In this document: positions 44,272-53,361 of the stretch, in pieces
Layout of the letters: the number at the start of each line of letters is the position of its first letter
Position numbering within the stretch: the stretch's first letter is position 1
NCBI GenBank assembly: GCA_029953675.1
Contig: JAMWBK010000004.1
Span: forward strand, 496,001 to 560,000
Direction of reading: 5' to 3'
DNA: 64,000 bases
DNA from: Rhodosorus marinus CCMP1338
Taxonomy: Eukaryota; Plantae; Rhodophyta
Position numbers and translations under genes: made by a program
The notes under the pieces: generated by a model
Seen by the model: the letters and a program-made list of their open reading frames with translations, nothing else
Told to the model about the DNA's origin: nothing
Databases searched by the model: none

Positions 44272-46293
44272 ATGATGAAGGTGATTTTGTTGTACCCTTT
44301 GGTGTGTTTGGTTGTGCTGAGGATCTGTAGTGCTGCTGGTGTGAGGGGGTCACACAAAAAGTGGGATGCAGACAAACCGATTCGATACAGTTTTGACAAG
44401 GACGTGATTCCGTCGGCGAAGGATAGTATTGTTGCCGCGTTGGAGCGGTTCGAGAGAGATACTTGCCTGGAGTTTAAGGAGGGCAAGTCGAGCGGGAACC
44501 ACATCTTTTTCACGTCGAAGAAATCTGAATGCTACTCCGCGAGGGTTGGATTCCGAGGTGGACGGCACATTGTTTCCGTCCACCCATACTGTTACGGAGG
44601 GTATCCCCTTCTGTCACAGGCGCTATATCAACTTGGCAAGGTACTTGGTATGGTCGAGACGCACAGCCGGCCCGACAGGGACGATCATATTAGCGTGAAC
44701 AAATCCAACGTCCTCGTGAGGTTTCGCTCACTGTTCTCCAAGGTGCGGTGGTCGGACTATGCGGATGAGGGTGTAGGCTTTGACCGCAACTCAATCATGA
44801 TCTTCGAACAGCGCTTTCTCTCCAGAAACGGTAAGAAGACCTTCGCGATGAAAAACAGCGCTGTCTCACGTCCAGCCGCCAGCAAATGGCTCAGCAAATC
44901 CGATGTCAAGCTTCTCAACCGAATGTACGATTGCCCAGCAAAGGCAGAGAAGGGCAGGTTCATCTTCCGCTTGAAGCGAGCCAGGAACTGGCCCGCCAGG
45001 GCTCGGGTGAAGGTGACGGCGGTTGACTCCAAGGGCAAGAGGCACGTCAAGCAGATGACCGTAAAGAGGGATCCCAACACGCCTCGCTTCTTCGGCTACA
45101 AATTTGACTTTGGGAAAGGGAGATTTCAGTATTTCCGAGTCGCCGTTCTCAACAACGACATTGCCAACCCGCAGCAGATCTTCCTGGAGCAGCTCTATAC
45201 TATCTCAGAGGGTGATACGTACTTCCTCCTGTGTCAAGCTCCTGGAAGCTGCAACACGAACCTCAGGTTCAAGACGGAATTCAAGCCGCTGCCCGGCGGC
45301 GGTAGCCGTTGTGATCCCAATCCGTGCAAAAACGGTGGCGAGTGTAAAGTAGCAGGTGGCTCATCATACACCTGCAAGTGTCTCGCAGGTTTCTACCGGC
45401 AAAACTGTGAGCTGATGTGGGGGGAGCTCATTGTCACTGCAGTTCGCGGTCAGAACCTAGACCATGACGATTCGGATGATGTACTTGACCGACGGGTGAA
45501 CATACCGGATCCCTACGTGCAGGTCACCGCAACAAACTTCAACAACACCGAAGTCGTTCGGAAGAGCCGAGTTGAGAGGAACAACGCCAATCCGGACTGG
45601 AAGGGCGAGAGACTCTACCTCGGTATGAGCTCCTGGCAAGAGATAGAGGTGAAGGTGCTTGACTTTGAATCAGACCCAGGCAACGTCCATGAGCACCTCG
45701 TGCCAAGAAGAAGGTTTCATCGTACTCCCAGCTACGGCGAGTCCACGATCCTCCTGTGCGGTTCTAACCCGGGCTGCACGCGATTCGTAGAGATCAAACT
45801 CTCTTTCAAGCCAGTTGCACCTCCGCCTATCTGCCCAGTTGGTTTCACCGGCTTCAACTGCGACATACCGTTCGGAGTCCTGGACGTGAAAATCTTCAAA
45901 GGCGTCGGTCTACCTAATGATAGTGGGAACCCCCTTAATCCCTTCGTTGTGATCACCGCGAAGAACGAGCGGTGCCTTCAGTTCTCAAAGGAAACGTCGA
46001 CAAAGTTCGGAACCACAAATCCCGTCTGGGATGAATCGTTCCAGTTCGGGAAGGAAACATGGACAAGTGTCGCGATCAATGTCATGGCTGAGGATGTGCT
46101 TGGAGACGGTGACATACAAGTCCTTCCCACCCAGGAGTTCTTCATCAAACCCGTTCCCGAATTCAAAATCGTCTTCAGGAGGAGGGTCTGCATATCACCT
46201 CGGAACTGTACACAGTATGTGGAGATTGAGATATCCTACAAAGAGAGACTTCAGCCCGACGTAGTCTCCGACCAGCTATATGCTTGTGCTTGA
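44272..46293 (+). CDS. Secreted astacin-like pseudo-protease with C2-EGF-C2-(short Cys link)-C2 (673 aa)
   Basis: Signal peptide and astacin fold with the zinc motif replaced by YQLGKVLGMVE while RPDRD is kept. EGF CDPNPCKNGGEC...CLAGFYRQNC. Three C2-like domains. Confidence 0.88.
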   Translation: MMKVILLYPLVCLVVLRICSAAGVRGSHKKWDADKPIRYSFDKDVIPSAKDSIVAALERFERDTCLEFKEGKSSGNHIFFTSKKSECYSARVGFRGGRHIVSVHPYCYGGYPLLSQALYQLGKVLGMVETHSRPDRDDHISVNKSNVLVRFRSLFSKVRWSDYADEGVGFDRNSIMIFEQRFLSRNGKKTFAMKNSAVSRPAASKWLSKSDVKLLNRMYDCPAKAEKGRFIFRLKRARNWPARARVKVTAVDSKGKRHVKQMTVKRDPNTPRFFGYKFDFGKGRFQYFRVAVLNNDIANPQQIFLEQLYTISEGDTYFLLCQAPGSCNTNLRFKTEFKPLPGGGSRCDPNPCKNGGECKVAGGSSYTCKCLAGFYRQNCELMWGELIVTAVRGQNLDHDDSDDVLDRRVNIPDPYVQVTATNFNNTEVVRKSRVERNNANPDWKGERLYLGMSSWQEIEVKVLDFESDPGNVHEHLVPRRRFHRTPSYGESTILLCGSNPGCTRFVEIKLSFKPVAPPPICPVGFTGFNCDIPFGVLDVKIFKGVGLPNDSGNPLNPFVVITAKNERCLQFSKETSTKFGTTNPVWDESFQFGKETWTSVAINVMAEDVLGDGDIQVLPTQEFFIKPVPEFKIVFRRRVCISPRNCTQYVEIEISYKERLQPDVVSDQLYACA

Positions 46294-46349
46294 TAGGGCT
46301 AGCTGCTTTCCCATTCTACTAAGATTGATTTATTATTGGCAAGACTAAA

Positions 46350-46730
46350 GATACCTTTCTCCCGGAGACACTATGCTGAGGTGTTGGCGGCTGATTCCCG
46401 ATATGTGATCTTGGTGCCTTTCGTGCTGGAGACGTACGGAAGGCTGGGTAAGGTAGGGGTGGAATTCCAGGCAGCGTCTGCGCATCTAAATGATCGAGAA
46501 GAACATCAATACAGCGTAAGAGGGCAGTTGAACCGCATCCTGTGGCAACGGAATGCCCAACTAGTCCTGCATGCGATAGAGAAAGATCGCAATGATCTCC
46601 CCACATTTCCTTTAGATGCGCTTTAGATTTTAGACGAGATCCCTGGACAGCGGGTTTGGGTATGTTTAGAGCGCCTTGAGTGAGGTTAGTTGCGTTGCGG
46701 TAGGTAGCTGCCGAACAAAGGCTACGGGGT
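46350..46730 (+). mobile_element. 5'-truncated family-B-related copy
   Basis: LVPFVLETYGRLG...VRGQLNRILWQRNA matches the family B C-terminus. 3' UTR gttgcgttgcggtaggtagctgccgaacaaaggctacgg. Confidence 0.85.
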
Positions 46731-48123
46731 TGACAACTACGCTATAAAGGGACAGATGTCCATTGCATAAGGAACTCTGCCTCGCATTGACGCTACTGCT
46801 AGGCCCAAAAAGGTATCAGTCGAAACTGGTCTCGGTGGAGAGAGTGGCCTGCCTCGGAAGTATTTCACTGATCACCCCTTGGCCGTACCTCGCGCGTTTG
46901 CAACTATTCAACTCTAGTTTTGTGTTGCTTCTCCGGTGAGATTCTTGTATGTGATATCTGTCATCGTGTTGGCTCACGTTCCCTAGACGGCTGTAGGTTT
47001 CCAAGCCTGGCCCCTGTTGGTTGAGGATTTGATGACGAGAATCAACCATGGCCGTTGAGGTGCGTAATGGCCGTAATTATGAGAGGATAAACCGTTTCAA
47101 ATACATGCTTAACGAAACTTTGAAGTCATCTCATGACCCAGTGCCTTCTCAAGCGATACCTACCCGGCTACGATGTCAACCCTGCCATGGAAACACGTCG
47201 GGCAACGGTATTATCGAATAAACATCCAAAAACAATATCAAACATTCAAACCATTGGATAGTAAATTAGATAAATGCATATTTTAGAAATATGTTCTCTA
47301 TTAATTGGATAAACTCATTGCATTGAGCCAATAATACTTCTCAGTGAATGGGTAGTGATTAAAAATGATTATAGGTGGAATACTCTTCATAAAACAAATA
47401 AAATTAAACCTATTTCAAAGATCTCCAATAGAAAATTGCGTTGACTAATATATTCCGGAGAACACATTTTACGATTAATTGGATTGGTTGTAAGTGATAT
47501 TTATTGGATATGATTTATTGAGGTTTTGGAGAAGCCCTAAAGGGCTCCTCGGTGAGTGAAGCGGGTTTGGTTTAGAGCGGCGTGGCTGTGGTCGGTCCAA
47601 GGTGTTTGTAGGGAAGATAGATATCTCACATGTCTTAACATTGGCATTGTATTGTTTTAGATGGCTTTTGAATGTTCCTGTTAGCCAATCTGGGCTTTTT
47701 GTGGTGTTTGCCCTGCCATGGCAGCCCGGGCGCCGGCGTACCCGGGTCAATGAAAAAACCGCACAGACTTCCGCAGCTGAGCGTTTTACAGATGATGCAC
47801 ACTTCAATTTTCAGTTCGGTGAGCATGGATGTATTTCTACGCTGGTCAGTTTGAAGAAAGGGCTGCTAGCTGCTGTCAGCTAATCCCCCCGGGCTCTTGG
47901 AAAACACTCAGCCGGACATAGTGGATTGCCACGGGACTACTTGTCTCGATATGGGAAGGACGGTCATCGGATTCTAACTAAACTAATGTATCGCGCCAGC
48001 TGTTTAACTAACTGCGTTCAGACAGTATATAGCCAGACAGTGGCCGACGGGCATACCGGCCTCAACCCGGAGTCCCCTCTGGTTATATCAACAGACAACG
48101 CTTGTCTTCTGATTAAAACAAAG

Positions 48124-50181
48124 ATGAAGTCAAGAAGCTCTTTGGTGATAATTGCCTCCGTCGCGGTTGTTTTTTGCGCTGGTGTGTGCTCAGGAGCAGT
48201 GGTACGAAGCGAATCGAAGAAATGGGACGTGTCCAAACCAATTCCATACCGGTTTTCGAACTCTGTGGACGCCGTGACCAAGTTCTATGTAAGGGAAATA
48301 TTGACGCAGTTCAACTACACCTGTCTAAAGTTTGAAGAGGACCATGAGGGAGTCAAGAAGGACCATGTGTACTTTATCCAGGATAGAAAGCAGTGTTTCC
48401 AAGCGAAAGTGGGTTTCCGCGGGGGTCGTCACATCGTTTCAGCGAGCGCGGTATGTCCGGGTGGGTACTCAACTACCACTCACGCGCTTCATGAGCTGGG
48501 ACACGTTCTGGGAATGTACAACTCAGTCAATCGTCCTGATCGGGACGACTTTGTTGATGTGAAGAGCAAGAACGTCATCAAGGCGTTTCGTAGCCATTTT
48601 TACAAAGAGTCGTGGGAAGACGTCGCAAACGAAGGCCTCAACTTCCCCTTCCGTTCCATCATGACGATGGATGAATACTGGCTCTCAAAAAATGGTAAGA
48701 CAACGGTGTTTCCTAAGAAATCTGAGGACACGCTCGAGTCGAGGTCGAACTTAAGCGCGTCCGATGCGCGTCTGCTGAACCTTGCATACAACTGTCCGAG
48801 TCCAGCTGCTTCTGGAAAGTTCATCTTGAAGCTTAAGCGAGGTAGAGGCCTCCCGAAGAAGGCCTATGTCGTAGTAACGGTTTATCAACAGGACGGAGTG
48901 ATCCGCAGCAAGGTCTTGAAAGTGAAGTCGTCAGAGCCCTCACAGAGGTACTTTGGCTACAAGCTGAGCTTTGGAGTTCAGACGTTCAAGTACTGCCGGG
49001 TGAAGGTCGTGAAAGGGACTGGTCGCAACGCCAAGGCTATCTTTCACGAGCAAGTGTTCCATTTTCCGCAAAATGCAGACAGTTACCACAAACTATGTGA
49101 GGCTCCGGGCGACTGCGACAAGCACCTTCGATTCAAGATCGAGTTCCACGAAGAGGACGATGGCCTCCCTCCCGGCGATCAAGATGGCAGATGTGCTAGG
49201 AGCCCGTGTCAGAACGGCGGCGTATGCGAGAACACACCCCTTGGCGTTCATTCTTACCACTGCCATTGCCCACCGGGATTCTTCCGGGACGTCTGTGAGC
49301 TTCCTTTTGGCGAGCTGCTGGTGGAGGTAGTCAAGGGCCACAACCTCCCCAATCTGGATGAGTCGCAGCCTGGTGAGGGACCGGCGTCGGATCCGTTCGT
49401 GTCCGTCTTCGCCCAGAACGTGAACGGAACTGTCGTCAAGAGAGTCAGCAAAATTGTGAGAGATAGCAACAACCCGAACTGGGGCCGTCAGCTACTAAAG
49501 TTTGACTACAGCTCCTGGCTTGCCTTTACGCTCGATGTCTATGACTATGATGAGGAGGGCCCGCCCAGACTCCTCCTTCCGAGACGCTCGTTCGAGATCA
49601 CTCCGACGGCGAGGAACGGAGGGAAGAAAATCTACAAGGCCTGTGGAAAGGATCCAGAGTGCTCGAGTTACGTTGAATTCAGAGTCTCCTACGAGGAGAT
49701 TCCGTTCGAACCCCCTCTCTGTCCTGTCGGGTACATGGGTTACAACTGCACCGTGCCCTATGGACAGCTTGATATCAGAGTAAAGGGGGGACGTAACCTC
49801 ACCAACCTGGATGCTTCGAATGATGCACTATCAGACCCCTTTGTGCAGATCACCGCCGACGGTTCCTGTTTGACTGCGTCTGTAAAAGAGAAGACTACGC
49901 ACAAACCCGACACAGCGAATCCAGTATGGGACGAGACGCTCAGATTCGGAACCGACAATTTCGATAAGATCAAGGTGAAGGTTTTGGATGCCAACAAGGG
50001 GGGTAAGACTGATGTAATCATACCGAAAAAGACGTTCAAAATCTTTCCTCAATCTCCAGACGCACGGACGAGGCTCCTCAGAGTGTGCAAATATGACAAC
50101 TGTGCTGAGTATGTAGACCTCGAGGTCACGTACATGGGGCTCCAACAGCCCGATATCTTCCCTTTACGGGCATGCCAGTAG
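48124..50181 (+). CDS. Secreted astacin-like protein with C2-EGF-C2-(short Cys link)-C2 (685 aa)
   Basis: The in-frame ATG at 48124 gives a signal peptide (MKSRSSLVIIASVAVVFCAGVCSG). Motif HELGHVLGMYNSVNRPDRD, EGF CARSPCQNGGVC...CPPGFFRDVC, and C2 domains with SDPFV. Confidence 0.88.
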   Translation: MKSRSSLVIIASVAVVFCAGVCSGAVVRSESKKWDVSKPIPYRFSNSVDAVTKFYVREILTQFNYTCLKFEEDHEGVKKDHVYFIQDRKQCFQAKVGFRGGRHIVSASAVCPGGYSTTTHALHELGHVLGMYNSVNRPDRDDFVDVKSKNVIKAFRSHFYKESWEDVANEGLNFPFRSIMTMDEYWLSKNGKTTVFPKKSEDTLESRSNLSASDARLLNLAYNCPSPAASGKFILKLKRGRGLPKKAYVVVTVYQQDGVIRSKVLKVKSSEPSQRYFGYKLSFGVQTFKYCRVKVVKGTGRNAKAIFHEQVFHFPQNADSYHKLCEAPGDCDKHLRFKIEFHEEDDGLPPGDQDGRCARSPCQNGGVCENTPLGVHSYHCHCPPGFFRDVCELPFGELLVEVVKGHNLPNLDESQPGEGPASDPFVSVFAQNVNGTVVKRVSKIVRDSNNPNWGRQLLKFDYSSWLAFTLDVYDYDEEGPPRLLLPRRSFEITPTARNGGKKIYKACGKDPECSSYVEFRVSYEEIPFEPPLCPVGYMGYNCTVPYGQLDIRVKGGRNLTNLDASNDALSDPFVQITADGSCLTASVKEKTTHKPDTANPVWDETLRFGTDNFDKIKVKVLDANKGGKTDVIIPKKTFKIFPQSPDARTRLLRVCKYDNCAEYVDLEVTYMGLQQPDIFPLRACQ

Positions 50182-50918
50182 CGTGGTTAGAGTGGTTGAC
50201 GATTGATGTAAAACAGCAGTCCTATATTCATGTATTCCTTCAAAATCCGTCAATCCTACTTCATTTTTCAAAGTCGGATCCGCAAAACCACAACGCCAAT
50301 CGATGCGTATTTGTAGTCCTCGCGCAAACGTTCAGGCACTAACCACCCCGCGTTAAAAACCACAATCCTACCCACGCTTGGTCCTTACGACCCTAGTGAT
50401 CCGAAAAAACTGCGAAACGCTCCTAACGCCGACGGACACCTCTGCGTTATTAGCCCAAGTTCGACCCACTAAATCTGGCCACGTAAGGAACTCTTTTCTA
50501 AGTTCAATCAATATTTGACCTTGATTGGCCAACAACTTTTCCAATCAACCTATAGATGTCCTTACGTCCAGACTGAAGTCCAATCAAGTGTACCCACGAT
50601 CCTTCCTCTAGTAGGTCCCTATGGGGAACGGACGAATCAACCGACCCGACCCCTGTTGCAAGTACTGACGAATACCGCAGTCGGTGTATTCGAGCCCACG
50701 AGCAACCGTTGCGCACTGATGTCCACCCCTCCGGGATAAACTCTTAGTCAACCCACCAACTATCCTTTCGAAACTCTTGGATTTATTTTGTCGAAATCTG
50801 ATATTTTCATTTTGTATCCCTTTTTCTGCTTCTTCCTTCGTCTACCATACTACTACTTCTTCCGCTTCAGGCTATGCTAAAAACACTACCACTACTTCCC
50901 CAACGGACTTGTCTTTTA

Positions 50919-51200
50919 TTGAATGGATTTGTTTAATGGAGACTGAAAAAACAAAAGGCGAGTGGACAAAAAGACTACGCTCGGCGAAGATCGCGCTCCT
51001 CCAACATAAAAACAGCGTTCATACGGCAGGAAACTTGGACGGGTAAACACGACGAGAGATGGCCAGGGCGTGCGCGGACAACTCCCGGAGCCAGCGAGAA
51101 CCAACACACTCAATGAGCAGAGGTACCAGGCGATGAGTTAAAGCCGAAGCGCGAATATCTGGGGAAGACAAAGCCCCTGCATTTTACTTCTTTGCGACGT
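50919..51200 (-). mobile_element. 3' fragment of RLE family C (copy 6)
   Basis: Collinear with 23494..23800. Confidence 0.82.
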
Positions 51201-51319
51201 CTCATACCGGAGTTGTGATTTATTTGCCCTTCGTCGAGATCCCCGATCGAGTTCGTCGACAACTGTCCATCTTAAGAAACTGCTAAAGTTCACATACTAA
51301 GACTACTGAAATATTCTAA

Positions 51320-51690
51320 TCGTTGTTCTACACAACAGACGTTCCTTGTCCTCAGGCTGCTTGATGTCTTCCCACGTCTGCACAACGTCGTGATGGAGCC
51401 GCTGGTTCAATGCGACAACTGATGGAGTCTCAGTACGCTGAGGCGATGACTCCTCCAACCCTTTGATAGCCGGCGCTGTCTCATGAGCTTGTACCACTGA
51501 TCATCGAGTGCTTTGGTCTTTTTTAAGGTGTTGCTTTTCGCTGGCTTCGTCGTATGGTTTTTGCAAACCGGGCCGTCCTGACAGCCTGCTCACGCAGCTG
51601 TCTCTGACTCTCTGGTGTTCTAACGTTGCTTTGTTGTTGGACACGCGCCACCAGCCTCTCCCTCTCCGATCCGCAAGGTAGTTAGGCTCC
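51320..51690 (+). mobile_element. 3' fragment of RLE family D
   Basis: AQRRDGAAGSMRQLMESQYAEAM...SHELVPLIIECFG...LLTQLSLTLW, similar to the family A C-terminus. Confidence 0.75.
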
Positions 51691-53361
51691 TGAACAAATT
51701 TTGTTCTCCTCGTCGTACCGCAGAACCATTCTGGATGCTGAAGCCGTTGACGCGGACTCTCGGGGGGGGAAATTGGACCGGGCCACCCAATCAATCATTC
51801 ATTTGCCATTTTGACTGACATAGATTTTCATACGATTTGGGACCTTTTCAATGTGTTCAGCTCTTCAAGGTATGCTAGCAAACCCACCCATTCCTCCTAC
51901 TCCGGATGCCCTGAGCCTGAGCATCTTTCATGGAGAACTTCGTACATGTTGGAGGGCACGAATCAGTCGCCCATAACGGCTCAAAATAACAGCGATCACT
52001 CCGGTTGGGGAGCATGAGTGCGGCCGTACTCCAGGGCGGGCCCTCAAAACCTCCAGAACCTCCTTTCATGGAGCTAAGCTTGTGGGGTCTAGATCCGTTT
52101 GGACCCTTGTGGAGCCGCGAAAACTACCATAGGCCTCGGAGCAGGGCGCAGATACGGCCGGTAAAGCAAGGTTCCTGCCCACAGCCCCGAGGCTCTTCAG
52201 CCATGAATAACAATGGAACTTCGGGTCGATTCTCTCTATTGATAAATAAATCCGATATTGATAAATCAATTTTTCTGTCGGGTTCACGTAATCTAGATTT
52301 ATTATCCTTAATAAAGAAATTTTTAGAAGCGACAGCTCTTAATACCCTGAATTATTTTTGTTAATGATATTACTAGAACAATCTGTGTCGTAATTAGAAT
52401 ACTTTCGTTGTCTAGGTATAAACCAGGTGTACGTTTAGGAACGATTCATTAGCTGGGACACTTTCACGGCACATTGTGAAAGATGGGACGCAGTGAGTGG
52501 TGTTTGGGGCTCAACGGCGAACCCAATGCGTACGTACGTCGGTAGCTGGGTATCTAAAGAAATTAGTATGCTGCGGTATAGAATTCGTCAGCGGGCGAGC
52601 ATGATGTAACCTCTTTCCGTTTTCTGTTTGCAAGGTCGGCGATATGCACACTTTTTGGAAGTATAACCGATTCCGCACATTGGCTTGCCAATCATACGCG
52701 TTAATCCTGTGGCCGATGAGGACCCCGGAACAAAATTCAGATCAGAGCACCTTGGTAAGATTTGGGAGGTGTAGCTGGCTTGCGGTGAATGAAGCGACGC
52801 TGCAGACTTTGCTGATATCTCACTACTTTGGACCCATCGTCATCGCTCTTGGGGCCTTAACATGGGAGGGAGATTCTCGATTATCACTCCGTTCTTTTCC
52901 CCCTTTAGTTTTTACAATGAGAAATCAAAGCAAAAGACAAAAACTTCGAAGTGGGCCAGAGGCAGTGTAGTAAGTGGAACGTCATCGTTTCCTTCATCCG
53001 ACCACCGAGACTATTCTCGAGCGGGAAGGATCCAAACGTTTGAACAAAAAAACAATTCAGATTATGCAGGGAACTAGAATACAGTCCGTCCACCCTTCCT
53101 GTACACGACGAGCAGCACGAGTTAATGCTCTCTGGGAGAGCCCGGACCCGCCGTGGCCGGAGTGCAGTGACAGAAGTAGGATCCTATAGCGGAATTCGCA
53201 AATCAAATCCATTAAATTACATCTCTTTTCAAGATACTCTTCTCATACCTGATCCATTTTTATACCAGATCAAGGTAGTCTTCACTTGTCAAAGGCGTCA
53301 GCTTAGGCAGTAAGGCCGGCCTGTCGAGGCCGGAAGCAGCGGGAGCTTCCTGTGTTTTCAC

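Noticed and set aside
27970-46750. Shared genomic target sequence for the RLE elements
   Set aside because: The sequences downstream of the 3' tails differ at every insertion. No snRNA, rRNA, SL or telomeric target is visible.
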